From: Candidatus Poribacteria bacterium
GTDB taxonomy: Bacteria; Poribacteria; WGA-4E; WGA-3G
Assembly (NCBI GenBank): GCA_965205025.1
Contig: CBDBFU010000009.1
Span: 32,001-96,000 of the forward strand
Length of the DNA stretch: 64,000 nucleotides
Reading direction: 5' to 3'
Part shown: piece after piece, positions 1-10,805 of the stretch
How positions within the stretch are numbered: position 1 is the first letter of the stretch
Layout of the letters: every line of letters begins with the position of its first letter
Position numbers and translations under genes: made by a program
The notes under the pieces: model-generated
Database searches by the model: none
What the model was told of the DNA's origin: nothing
The model's input: only the letters and a program-made list of their open reading frames with translations

Positions 1-1984
1 TACAGCAAAAACAACCAGTACAATAACCGTCGTTGATATAGAGGATCTTGAAACACCGGCTGGTACTTTTAAAAACTGTATCAAGCTTGAAATTAGTAGA
101 AAAATTGTCACAGCAGTTGTAACTTTGCGTCCTATATCATATCAGTGGTTAGCACCTGATGTGGGACCTGTAAAGTATGTAGATGACCAAGATATTGTAT
201 ATGAACTGCAGAGTTATACCTTACTTGATGAACCCCAAATTGATGATCCTGAAGTTGAAACCCCTGAGGTTGAAACCCCTGAGGTTGTAACCCCTGAAGT
301 TGAAACCCCTGAGGTTGAAACTCCTGAAGTTGAAACTCCTGAAGTTGAAACCCCTGAAGTTGTAACTCCTCCCGTTGAAACCCCTATAGATCAAGAACCC
401 ATTATCGAATTACCACCCGGTATACCTTCGATTAGTGAACAAGAGTTTGAAATCACATTAAAGAATCTAACAGTTGGTGAACCCGGAATGGGAGGACAGA
501 TCTTATCACCTCCAATTTTTGCAACCCATTTATCCGGTACAAAACTCGCACCAGTTGGTGAACCCGCAAATCCTGCCCTTGTCGCACTTGCTGAAAATGG
601 AGATGTCTCAGCAATATTACAACTCGCAACTTCTATACAAGCAAATACTGCTGTCGCGGATGACGTTGTCATTCCAGGTGGATCTGTTACCGTTAAGTTA
701 AAGGGAAACCAAATTAATACTTCTCTTACAGCGGCTTCAATGTTAGTTTCCACAAATGATGGCTTCATCATCGCTGATGGGATTCCACTCTTTGATGAGG
801 ATGGAATGCCTGTTACAATGACATTAGATCTAATGGCTTATGATGCGGGCAGTGAAGATAACACAGAACTTGCTTCCGATATACCCGGTCCAGTCGGCTT
901 AGATGCTGACGCTGACCCTGAAGGAAGTAATGCACGTGTTCCTACTGAAGGGGGTGTCATTTCAGCACATCCAGGAATACAAGGCGTGGGTGATGTGGGA
1001 GAAGCGTTTGCTTGGACTGAACCTACAGCGACACTAACTATCAAACCTGTTTCAGATGAAGTTCCTATACCTGAATCCAACTTTGATATCACACTTGTAC
1101 AAGGATTGAATATGATATCAATTCCATTAATGCCTTCTGAACCATATTCAGCAAAATCACTTGCTATGAAATTGGGAGCATCCATCGTCATTAAATTGGA
1201 CGCCGCAACACAAACATTCGTTGGATATTCCTATGCTGAAGAAGGGGATGGCTTTGAGATAGATGGTAGAAGCGGATATATCGTTAACACACCTGCGGGT
1301 GGGAAATTCACATTTACTGGTACCGCTTGGATGAACGATACTGAAAATGCAGCTGCTCCAAAAATTATAAATGTTGATAATGCTTGGGCATTCATTGTCA
1401 CGAGTGACTTACACGGACTACTATCAGGTGAATCTTACACTATCACCGCGAAGAATCTTCGAACAGGTGTAATTGCCACTGAAAAAGTAAGTAGTGAAAA
1501 AGAAAGTGTTTCCGCTGTATGGGCAGATATGAACCGGAAGAGTGTTGTCCAAGTCGGGGATAAACTTGAAATCACACTCCTTGATGAACACGGTTCTATA
1601 GTCTCTGGTCCATTCGAACGCACTGTTCAAACTTCCGACATACACAATGCTTTTTTGACTGTACAACTGCAAGTTGGAGATGTGAGACCTAAGGAAACTA
1701 TTCTTGGTCAGAATTATCCAAATCCCTTTAATCCTGAGACATGGATACCTTATCAACTCAGCCAGGATAGCGATGTAACCATTAAAATTTATGATGTGTC
1801 CGGTCAATCTATTCGGACCATCAATTTGGGTCATCAGTCTATCGGTTCATATATGACTTCTGAAACCGCAGCATATTGGGATGGTAAGAACGGCGCAGGA
1901 GAGTTTGTTTCAAGTGGAATCTATTTCTATTCCCTTCAAACGAAGAATTTTTCCGCAACCCGTCGAATGGTAATCCTAAAGTAG
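1..1984 (+). CDS. Large secreted/surface protein, 5'-truncated by the window edge: domain shared with the next gene, PEVET linker, Spondin_N-like domain, C-terminal FlgD/T9SS-like Ig domain
   Basis: Frame 2 is open from base 2 (TAKTTSTITVVDIEDLETPAGTFKNCIKLEI...), so the TTG at 125 is not the true start. Spondin_N-like motifs SMLVSTNDGF and AYDAGSEDNTE; C-terminal LGQNYPNPFNPETWIPYQL...YWDGKN...SGIYFY. Confidence 0.85.
   Translation, partial: TAKTTSTITVVDIEDLETPAGTFKNCIKLEISRKIVTAVVTLRPISYQWLAPDVGPVKYVDDQDIVYELQSYTLLDEPQIDDPEVETPEVETPEVVTPEVETPEVETPEVETPEVETPEVVTPPVETPIDQEPIIELPPGIPSISEQEFEITLKNLTVGEPGMGGQILSPPIFATHLSGTKLAPVGEPANPALVALAENGDVSAILQLATSIQANTAVADDVVIPGGSVTVKLKGNQINTSLTAASMLVSTNDGFIIADGIPLFDEDGMPVTMTLDLMAYDAGSEDNTELASDIPGPVGLDADADPEGSNARVPTEGGVISAHPGIQGVGDVGEAFAWTEPTATLTIKPVSDEVPIPESNFDITLVQGLNMISIPLMPSEPYSAKSLAMKLGASIVIKLDAATQTFVGYSYAEEGDGFEIDGRSGYIVNTPAGGKFTFTGTAWMNDTENAAAPKIINVDNAWAFIVTSDLHGLLSGESYTITAKNLRTGVIATEKVSSEKESVSAVWADMNRKSVVQVGDKLEITLLDEHGSIVSGPFERTVQTSDIHNAFLTVQLQVGDVRPKETILGQNYPNPFNPETWIPYQLSQDSDVTIKIYDVSGQSIRTINLGHQSIGSYMTSETAAYWDGKNGAGEFVSSGIYFYSLQTKNFSATRRMVILK
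248..384 (+). repeat. 15-bp coding tandem repeat (CCTGARGTTGWAACY, ~9 copies) encoding a PEVET/PEVVT linker
   Basis: Visible directly in DNA and protein. Confidence 0.9.
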
Positions 1985-2008
1985 AATTATATCTACAATA
2001 AAATCTGG

Positions 2009-2081
2009 TGGAACGTCTTGACAGAAAGTAATCTGGCAGTCCAAAATAGTTGCAAGATTACTTAATCAAGACGTTTTCCAT
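2009..2081. terminator. Long imperfect intergenic stem-loop (terminator or mRNA processing/stabilising hairpin)
   Basis: AACGTCTTGA (2012-2021) pairs with TCAAGACGTT (2066-2075); AAGTAATCT (2026-2034) pairs with AGATTACTT (2055-2063). Confidence 0.5.
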
Positions 2082-2108
2082 TTAGAATACAATACCGACA
2101 GGAGTTAA

Positions 2109-2912
2109 ATGTATAAAATCACACTTCTGAAGATTGCCTTCACAACAATACTTCTCTTATGTTTCACTACTATAGGGTCAACACAGATCTATTTTCCTTC
2201 TAATTACGGTAATACATGGGTATTAGAAAGTGAAGATGACGCTGAACGCGTTACCTATACTATTGAAACATCTGAAGAAACCTTTAATGGTAAACAGTTG
2301 GGACTCCTTACTATAACATTTGAAACTTTAGGTACAGAGTCAATTACGACTGATAAACTGTATGTTGATTTTGAGGAAGATGGAGTCAAACTCTACAGAA
2401 TCGAAGCAGATCTTGGACCAGTATTTGGTATTGCCCATGCAGTGTTTTATCCACCTGCTCTCTTTTATCCCTACACATTACAACTTGGTGATACATGGGA
2501 GGTTACAGCAGAAACAGAGGTCAAATTAACCGGTCCTGTTACATTTATAACGATTAACGAGGTAGTTGCAATTGAAGATATTGTAACACCCGTAAGAGTA
2601 TTCAAGAAGTGTGCGAAAATCAGAATACAGGGTAAGAGTACTTCCACATTAGGAAGTACACGTTCGACTTCATATCTATGGCTGGCACCCAATATCGGAC
2701 CCGTGAAATTTGAGAATACACAAGATATCGTATATCATTTAATACACTCTAATCTACTCTATGATGTAACCCAAGACGGCATCATAAATATATTAGATTT
2801 GGTATATGTGGCATCTCGGTTCGGAGAGGAAAATACGGAGGGAGATGTAAACAAGGACGGGGTCGTTGACATCTTAGATTTAACACTCGTCGCACAGCAC
2901 TTCGGAAACTAA
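2109..2912 (+). CDS. Secreted protein with a beta-rich domain paralogous to the upstream gene and a C-terminal dockerin type I-like domain
   Basis: Signal peptide; GGAG RBS; tandem DVTQDGIINILDL / DVNKDGVVDILDL EF-hand-like repeats; WLAPNIGPVKF matches WLAPDVGPVKY upstream. Confidence 0.85.
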   Translation: MYKITLLKIAFTTILLLCFTTIGSTQIYFPSNYGNTWVLESEDDAERVTYTIETSEETFNGKQLGLLTITFETLGTESITTDKLYVDFEEDGVKLYRIEADLGPVFGIAHAVFYPPALFYPYTLQLGDTWEVTAETEVKLTGPVTFITINEVVAIEDIVTPVRVFKKCAKIRIQGKSTSTLGSTRSTSYLWLAPNIGPVKFENTQDIVYHLIHSNLLYDVTQDGIINILDLVYVASRFGEENTEGDVNKDGVVDILDLTLVAQHFGN

Positions 2913-2952
2913 TTAGAGTAAGTCAAAAACTTTGAAAGAAAATAACAAATCA

Positions 2953-4566
2953 CTATATAAGTCTTTTCAGAATTCCTTTTTCATCAAGTGTCTCATCATT
3001 CCAAGGATTCTTATCTGATTCTGTAATTTTCACAATACTATGGCTTTCCTCATCAATGTGCATTATTTGGTGTTGCCAAGAGAAATTGAGAGCTGAATTT
3101 CCACTATTATAGAAGATAATCTCTATGTTGTCCGAACTAACAATTGGTCTTACCAAAGATAGCAATTCTGCTGGGTTATGTTTTGTTCCGTTCGCTTGTC
3201 TGATCGCTATTAGTGGTTCCACCCTTCCAAAGATCTCACGAGTGCCAAGAAGTAATGGTCCATAGCAAGATGTAACAGCACCATGCCCCCAATTTCGACC
3301 ATGTCCAGCTGCCACCGAACAAACCGCGCCACCCATATCCGCATGTTCCCTCCCGCCACGCAACACACGTCTTGCGATATTCAGACGTGTTGCAGCATTC
3401 TGCAGTGCTCGGTGTACATAAGCCACATCCCCAGTCAACTGATAGGCAAGTGTCAATGTTGCTGTTGACGGTTCCCGTATCGGTTTAACAGAACCATCAT
3501 CTGACCATTCTCCCCAATACGCCATATCTGAACGTTTACCTACACCTAATTCACGACGACGAATCTCTTGTGGAAAAACAAGAGCAAGTAATTCAGGTGG
3601 AGTTGTTGGTAGGTTTTGCAAACCTACTTCAATAACTGAATCATAACTGGTATCTTGGAAAGTCCACCGATAATAACTAATCGCGGCAGCAGCAGGATCA
3701 TTAAACGGATCACTAAGCGACGATAAGAGCGGTTCTATGATACGCCTTGCAGCAGATTTGAAGATCTCTTCTCCAGTCAATAGATAAAGATCCCCAAAAG
3801 CATAAATAGCACCCGACGCCAGTAGGTTTTCAATACCTGCCAAGGGATCACCTGCGACATGATGTCCACTGGCAACAAGTCTATGCAGGTTTTTATCATT
3901 GACCTCTTCCTCATTTAGACCGTTTTCATTCAGATCCCAAAGAAGTGGCATCGGTCCTGAGGCAGCAATGATACGTTCCGCACGTTTCTGTCCATATCGG
4001 ATTGCCCAATCCACATACCGTTTCTCACCCGTGATGCTATATGTTGCTAAAGCAATGTGAATAAAACGGAAGTGTTCAGCGAGTTCATATCTGTCCTTCT
4101 CTTGGTTTTCAACGAATTCAGTACCGATATTATATCCGATAAATGTATCCCGGGTGTAATCATACCAATCCGGGATTCCAGATACCCAATTCCCTATATG
4201 TTCAGCAGCATCTGTCAATAGAGAAATCGCTTCTATATTCTCAGGTTTCAAACCGATATATCGAGGTAAGAAAAGTAGAAAAGGTTCAGGACCGTGATGA
4301 GCTTCAGCCTTTTTCTCATAGCCATGAAAACAATCCCGCTCCACCCAACCCGTGAGTGCATCTTTGAGTGTATCAAAGTGTTCAAGGACGTTTGAATCAC
4401 CTGTGATAAGATAGTGCGGGAACCATGCAAGTGCATAGTTTGCTTCATCTTCACCACCATCATTTGGGCCTGGTGGATCAAGCATCATGCTTTGCTTCAG
4501 CCAACGACGCATTTCTGTTCTGAGTGAGCTGTAGGCTTCAAAACAGTCGTTTAAAAGTTGGGTCAT
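2953..4566 (-). CDS. Hypothetical protein, probable (alpha/alpha) toroid glycosidase/lyase-like fold
   Basis: 537-aa ORF with repeated helical motifs YxxTGD/E (YLITGD, YSITGE, YLLTGE, YQLTGD); overlaps the upstream epimerase by 4 bp. Confidence 0.65.
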   Translation of the reverse strand: MTQLLNDCFEAYSSLRTEMRRWLKQSMMLDPPGPNDGGEDEANYALAWFPHYLITGDSNVLEHFDTLKDALTGWVERDCFHGYEKKAEAHHGPEPFLLFLPRYIGLKPENIEAISLLTDAAEHIGNWVSGIPDWYDYTRDTFIGYNIGTEFVENQEKDRYELAEHFRFIHIALATYSITGEKRYVDWAIRYGQKRAERIIAASGPMPLLWDLNENGLNEEEVNDKNLHRLVASGHHVAGDPLAGIENLLASGAIYAFGDLYLLTGEEIFKSAARRIIEPLLSSLSDPFNDPAAAAISYYRWTFQDTSYDSVIEVGLQNLPTTPPELLALVFPQEIRRRELGVGKRSDMAYWGEWSDDGSVKPIREPSTATLTLAYQLTGDVAYVHRALQNAATRLNIARRVLRGGREHADMGGAVCSVAAGHGRNWGHGAVTSCYGPLLLGTREIFGRVEPLIAIRQANGTKHNPAELLSLVRPIVSSDNIEIIFYNSGNSALNFSWQHQIMHIDEESHSIVKITESDKNPWNDETLDEKGILKRLI

Positions 4567-5372
4567 ATCAGGGTTCTCAAGAAATCAATACTACGTTTAG
4601 CGATGGTTTTGGGATCAGGTTTGAAATCGAACACCTCGGTTGAGACATAGCCAGTATAATCGATTTCTTTCAATGCTTCAATAATGGGGGGATAGTCAAC
4701 ATTTCCCGAACCGGGCAGATAACCGTTGTCATCGTTTGAATGAAAATGTGCTACATGTTCAGCACAGTTACGAATCTGTGTCGGCATATCCAAACCCTCT
4801 TTAGCAGTGCTACACACATCCAATATCATTTGGAAGTTTGGATGGTCCACAGCCTTCACCATCTCAACAGCTGTATCAGGATTTGTTATAAAATCTGTCT
4901 GATCACTGGAAAGTGGTTCCATACATAAGATAACACCTTTTTCTCCTGCAAGTTCTGCCCCCGCAGTAAAGGTGTCTTTGGCATAATCCCATGCCTCATC
5001 AAATGTCAGCGGATCCATGACACTCCGTTGTTTTGGAGAACCGAAAACCAAAATGCGACCATCTAAATCCGCACATAGTTCAATTAGAGCAAGAAGATAA
5101 TCACGGGTCTCTTCACGAATATCCGCATCTGGATGATTTATATAGAGTCCTTCCGGGGACACAAGGAGCCAATGCAATCCGGCAATCTCAATTTTTGCAT
5201 TTTCAGCAGCTTTTCGTATACCATTTCTTTCTGCTTCACTAATATCCAATACTGAATCTGCCAATGTAAAGGGCGCAATTTCCACTGCATCGTATCCGAG
5301 TTCAGCAGCGTAAGTCAGTACATCTTCTATTTTCCAATCTTCAAACATTTCGTTGCATATAGCAAGTTTCAT
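4563..5372 (-). CDS. Sugar phosphate isomerase/epimerase (D-tagatose/psicose 3-epimerase-like TIM barrel)
   Basis: Motifs GYDAVE, MEPL, MILD, HFHSND, PGSG, STEVF; GGAG RBS favours the MKLAIC start. Confidence 0.9.
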   Translation of the reverse strand: MKLAICNEMFEDWKIEDVLTYAAELGYDAVEIAPFTLADSVLDISEAERNGIRKAAENAKIEIAGLHWLLVSPEGLYINHPDADIREETRDYLLALIELCADLDGRILVFGSPKQRSVMDPLTFDEAWDYAKDTFTAGAELAGEKGVILCMEPLSSDQTDFITNPDTAVEMVKAVDHPNFQMILDVCSTAKEGLDMPTQIRNCAEHVAHFHSNDDNGYLPGSGNVDYPPIIEALKEIDYTGYVSTEVFDFKPDPKTIAKRSIDFLRTLI

Positions 5373-5455
5373 ATATATCTCCATTCCCATTTTTATTCAA
5401 TTCTAATCAGTTTATGCCTTTCTGGTAAGATTCTAAAGGTTGGATAGAATCACTA

Positions 5456-6292
5456 CTAAGACATGACTAACCCACCTGAAACGGTGATAGATAAACCTGT
5501 CATATAGGAGGATTCCTCAGAGGCAAGAAAAGCTGCCATATTCGCAACATCCGCGCCTTTAGCAAGTCTACCTAAAGGCACAACTGATTCGGAACGACGT
5601 GCAAATTCCGCTCTTTGTTCCTCAGCAGATAGATCATCCGGCATCATAGCAGCAGCTAAATGTCCCACACGTTCCGTATCTACAAGACTTGGACAAATTG
5701 CATTAACATTCACGTGGTAAGGTGCAAGTTCATAAGCAAGCGACTGTGTAAATCCAATGACAGCAAATTTAGATGCACAATAAGCTGCATAACTTGCAGA
5801 ACCTTGTTTACCAGTGATTGAGGAGAGATTGATTATCTTCCCACCTGTTCCTTGTTGAATCAAATGTCGTACCACTGCTTGACAACAGAGAAATACCCCT
5901 TTTACATTGACATTTTGTACTCTATCCCAATCCTCTTCAGCAAGGTCTACAACAGGCACACGATCCTTGCCTGCCTTCGTACCAGCATTATTCACAAGGA
6001 TATCTATTTTACCGAAATGAGTGACAGTTCTGTTAACCATTTCGGATACCTGCTGAGCATCAGAAACATCTGCAACAACACTGATAACTTTCCTACCCAT
6101 GGACTCAATTTCACTAACCACATCCGGTAGTCCTCTCCACTCTGTATCATCCGCTGCATAAGGATGTTCGGTAAGATCATTAACAGCAATATCCGCACCT
6201 TCTTTTGCTAAGCGGGTTGCAATTGCACGACCAATACCGTTTTTACCTCCAGCACCTGTAACTAAGGCAACTTTTCCATTAAGATTATACAT
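5456..6292 (-). CDS. SDR family NAD(P)-dependent oxidoreductase
   Basis: TGAGGKNGIG, LVNNAG, catalytic YCASK. Confidence 0.92.
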   Translation of the reverse strand: MYNLNGKVALVTGAGGKNGIGRAIATRLAKEGADIAVNDLTEHPYAADDTEWRGLPDVVSEIESMGRKVISVVADVSDAQQVSEMVNRTVTHFGKIDILVNNAGTKAGKDRVPVVDLAEEDWDRVQNVNVKGVFLCCQAVVRHLIQQGTGGKIINLSSITGKQGSASYAAYCASKFAVIGFTQSLAYELAPYHVNVNAICPSLVDTERVGHLAAAMMPDDLSAEEQRAEFARRSESVVPLGRLAKGADVANMAAFLASEESSYMTGLSITVSGGLVMS

Positions 6293-6430
6293 TGGAAGGT
6301 CTCTTTTTCAGATGGATTGCATTTGTAGGAGTCAACCCCGATTCCAGACTCTTTCAAAATAGGTAAAAGATTCCTGAATGCGTCTGAGTTATGATATGTG
6401 AATCTTAAGATTTATAGGTGTCTATGGAAC

Positions 6431-7219
6431 TTATCTCTTGATCGCACCCCACGTCAAAGCAAGTTTACCCAAGGGTTCTACGTCTAAAAATTCTTTATCA
6501 AAGGTAAGGTCTCCGAATGCAAGAGGATCCCATGCTTGACCTGCAATCCAACCTATTTGGTGTTGCCGTGTCCCATTTTCACAGTCATTAAAGTGGAAAC
6601 TCAATCCAATCGTCAATCCATCTTTCGCTTTAAAATCCTTCCCTGCATTGGCGTTACCGGGGTTAGGTCCGCGTGGCCCCGGATGCATCAATAGCAACTT
6701 CGTATGTGTATTTTGTTCCTTCCTTTATCAGCACCCATTCCGTGTTTTCGCGTGAAGCCCGCAGCGGAATGATCCTTACCATTCGCCCCAAGTGTCCACT
6801 GTACCAGCGCAGCTCTAACAATCTCATTATCAAAATCAAACATAAACTCCACACTATCATCTTCCCACCACTTCCGCATTCTCTGGATTAATATCTTGGA
6901 GTTTATCATCGGTGATTTCTACAGCAAAGTAAATACGAGAAGCGTCATTCGCACTCCAAGCGACCCGTCCTTTTCCTGAAAAATCACTTGCATTTGGTAA
7001 TGCTGCACCAGCATCTTTCAGCTGATCGAAATCTACAACCTCAGCACGAACCCATTCCTGCAGTTTACCATCAATTTTAATGTTATCAATCTGTTTGGCA
7101 ACATACTCTTTATCGCGTTCGGCTAAAGAAACACTCGTAATGTAAAATGTTAAAACAACTGTCAGTAGAATTGATAATGTACTATTAATACAGTCAATTA
7201 GATTATGTTCTCTCTTCAT
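6431..7219 (-). CDS. Secreted CBM9-like sugar-binding protein, split by three +1 frameshifts (~6875, ~6760, ~6678)
   Basis: Joined fragments give IKIDGKLQEW...IYFAVEITDD...WWEDDSVEF...YTYEVAI...IGLSFHFND...VEPLGKLALTWGAIKR; each break is one extra G in a G run on the coding strand. Confidence 0.75.
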
Positions 7220-7253
7220 ATAATTAGTCCTTTGTATAATGATTTATTGTTGG

Positions 7254-7442
7254 TCATCCTTGGAATATCTTCCGAAGAATTAAATACGCACCGCCAACAG
7301 TAATGACGAATAACGATAGTAAGATTACAGTTCCAATTATGAAACTTGCTAAACCAAACAGTAGCTTGATAATCTCTAAAAAGACAGCGACACAGATTAG
7401 AACAATTACTATACCTACAACGATCAGTAATATTTTATTCAT
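7254..7442 (-). CDS. Small two-TM membrane protein
   Basis: 62-aa hydrophobic ORF between co-oriented genes. Confidence 0.6.
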   Translation of the reverse strand: MNKILLIVVGIVIVLICVAVFLEIIKLLFGLASFIIGTVILLSLFVITVGGAYLILRKIFQG

Positions 7443-7603
7443 AACTTTGTACCGATATGATTTGAAGTCTGTTGAGGAGTTGAGATATATTTATTATATT
7501 CAATAGTTAGGTGCGGAAGTTAACGCCGCACCTAACAAGGTTATTTCGTAATTTAAATAGAATGGACAATACTCTGGGTTGTCTTGAAGACTTACATATT
7601 AAT

Positions 7604-8381
7604 CTACTGCTTAAGACTACCCCACGTAACAGCTATTTTCTCTTTGGCATCAACAGCCAATCCACTTTCAAGTCCATCATTCATGAGAGCATTAACATCA
7701 TCCTCACTTAACACTGTATTGAAAACGATGAATTCGTCAAACATACCTTGCCAATGCCGTTGACCATCCCAAGATCCGATCTTACCCGGGTCAAGAACTC
7801 CAGGATTGCCACCCCAATCGCGTTCAGCATTTAGTTCTCCATTGATATAGAAACGGATCTTCTTTTCTGTGGCACTATAGGCAGTCGCAATATGGATCCA
7901 TTTGTTTAATTCACCACCGACTACAGCGAAGTCAGCGAATGTATCATTTCCACCAGGGATTGCCATTAATGGAGAATTCTACTTTATTATTAGGATGTAA
8001 CTGGTAATGAATATCTCCACCTTTCCAACCAGCATTGTTAAAGAATGTCCGCCAATCGTTTTCTCTACCTGTACATTTTACCCAATGAGCCAAAGTAACC
8101 TCTTCAAACGATCCCATTCTTTTGTTAATGACAACCCATTCACTTGACCCGTTCAGTTCGATTGCTTTACCAATCTTACCTTCAACAAATTTTCCACCTT
8201 TGAGTTCACCATCAAAACCATTACCAGAAACATCCTTAGCATCACCATCAAATAACCAGCCAGCGACAACCATTTCACTGGTAATTTCCGCTGAAGATAG
8301 TATACTGACACCCAAAATGAGAATTAGTGTAAATAGATAAGTGATATATCTAATCAAAATACACCCCCTATGTGTATACAT
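7604..8381 (-). CDS. Secreted LamG/concanavalin A-like domain protein, split by one frameshift (~7957)
   Basis: WLFDGDAKDVSGNG...GKIGKAIELNG, KWIHIA, FYING, GMFDEFIVFN; extra C in AATCCCTGG; TWGSLK tail. Confidence 0.85.
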
Positions 8382-8476
8382 ATCGGAAAACTATAAGTCT
8401 CCATTTTAATCAATTGAACTTAGTTTATACAACATATAACCAAACTATAATATGATGTCTCATTCAATGTTTATCT

Positions 8477-9359
8477 CTATATTGATCTATGTTTTGCTAC
8501 ACCACGTGGATTTTCAAATGCATCTACCCATAGAGTCACACCACTCTTGATGATCTGTGAGAACAGTATCAGGATTCTTCTTACTCCGTACAATAAATTC
8601 TGGATGTGCAGTTCTACCCGTATGATGACCAGTTGTTTGAAAACGCAGATCCAATGACCAGCGACACCGATCTGACTTATTTGGTTGTGATCGGTGTGGG
8701 GTAAAACGACTCAGCAATATCACGTCTCCTCGATGGCATTCAAGCATCATCGGTTCAAAGTCTGGCATAAGGTCTGGTACAATCATAGTACCACCCTCTT
8801 TTTGGTGTGTAAGATACCCAATATCCTCCGTAACACCGGGTAATGCTTCAAGACACCCCATTTCAATAGTACTATCACCCAACGGCAACCAACAGGTAAC
8901 GACATTTGAACCTTCGGCTTCCTCCATCATAACACCTGCATCTTGATGCCACGGGACACCACCTGCCCAACTTGCGTTCCCATCAATGACTGGTGGTTTG
9001 GCACGTACATGCTGAATAGGGTTACAGGTAATTTCTGGACCGACAATACCTTCTATGACATCCAGCAGATTCTCGTTTCTCATGAAATCGAAGATCGCTT
9101 TACCCCGATAATGCATGATGTCCATGCCATTTGTTATCTCACCAGACTGGGAAAGGAGTTTGGCAAATCGCTTATCAAACGGTTCATCTACACAAAGGTC
9201 TTCAATCTTTCCATCCTGTAGTAAGGCTTCAGCACGCTCCGAAATCCAATCCTCAATTTCTGTTATCACAGGTTGAACATCTTCATCTGTTAACGCGTCA
9301 TTTACAACCAGAACACCCCGCTCACGATAGGTATCTTTCTGTTCTTGTGTTAATCTCAT
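8477..9359 (-). CDS. Phytanoyl-CoA dioxygenase (PhyH) family 2OG-Fe(II) oxygenase; probable +1 frameshift near 8535
   Basis: PWHQD and PHRSQPN...RWSLDLRF motifs; the shifted frame continues LWVDAFENPRGVAKHRSI* to 8477 (called ORF ends at 8514). Confidence 0.88.
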
Positions 9360-9500
9360 ATATTACCTTCAATAACTTGGTAAAATTAGGTAGAAATGTG
9401 ATCTGATCAACAATTCAATCAAAGTACAATTTGTCGCATATAATAGCATAAAAATATACTATAGACAAGTAGAAATAGAACACTTAACTATATACACTCC

Positions 9501-9529
9501 TTGCAAATAATACCTATGCATGCTATAAT
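9501..9529 (+). promoter_or_regulatory. sigma70-type promoter for sucC
   Basis: TTGCAA-N17-TATAAT with extended -10 TG. Confidence 0.6.
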
Positions 9530-9611
9530 TCATAGGATAAAAACTTACCAAAACTAACCAGTCTACATACTGGTATCAATACCGAAAGGATTATTATCAC
9601 ACTACTAAAAG

Positions 9612-10797
9612 ATGAATATACATGAATACCAAGCCAAACAAATTTTAGAATCCTTCGGAGTTAATACCCTTCTGGGGCAAGTAGCTGAAACACCCGAAGA
9701 AGCTGAATCAATTGCCAGTAGAATAAATTGTACACAATATGTTGTCAAAGCACAAATTCACGCAGGTGGACGTGCAAAAGGTGGTGGGGTAAAACTCGCA
9801 CGCTCAGTCGCTGAAGTCAAAAAACACGCTGAATCAATGATAGGAATGCAGTTGGTTACACCTCAAACTGGACCAGAAGGAAAACTTGTTAACAAAGTCT
9901 TAATCGTTGAAGCAGCAGAAATACAGAAAGAATTCTACCTTGCTATTCTACTGGATCGTGAAACATCAGAACTCACACTAATCGGTAGTGAAGAGGGCGG
10001 GGTCAATATAGAAGAAGTTGCAGAAAATACGCCAGAGAAAATCATAAAATCATCTATTAATCCTGCATTTGGGTTAACAGTTTTCCAAGTACGTAATTTC
10101 GCATACAAATTAATCACCAACGAAGAATATCAACAGATTATTCCAAACGCGACTGAATTGATTACTTCACTTTACAATGCATTCGTTGAATGTGATTGTT
10201 CACTAATTGAAATTAATCCTTTGGCAATAGTAGGTGAAGCTGATAACTTACAAATTGTGGCACTCGATTCCAAGGTTAACTTGGATGACAACTCTCTCTG
10301 GAGAAATCCCTGAAATTGCTGAATTGCGTGATCCCAATGAAGAAGATCCAAGTGAATTGGAGGCAAGTGAATCAGGGCTAAGTTATATTCGTCTCGATGG
10401 AAATATCGGGTGCATGGTAAACGGTGCCGGATTAGCTATGGCAACGATGGATATAATAAAACAAAAAGGGGGTGAACCGGCAAACTTTCTTGATGTCGGT
10501 GGAGGAGCATCAGCGGAAGCAGTTGCTCACGCTTTCAGGCTGATCTTAGCAGACGAAAATGTTAAAGCCGTTCTTGTAAATATCTTCGGTGGTATTATGA
10601 AATGCGATACCATTGCTACAGGTATTGTGGAAGCTGCAAAACAGGTTGAACTCAATGTACCCCTTGTCGTTCGCTTAGAAGGGACAAATGTTGAACTTGG
10701 AAAACAGATTATAGATAATTCCAACTTAAACGTGTTACAAGCAGAAGGACTCTCCCATGCAGCTGAACTTGCCGTGAATGCAGCAAACACCGTATAG
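9612..10797 (+). CDS. sucC: Succinyl-CoA ligase (ADP-forming) beta subunit, split by one extra C at ~10309
   Basis: [58 protein letters not shown]. Confidence 0.95.
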
Positions 10798-10805
10798 AGG
10801 TATTC

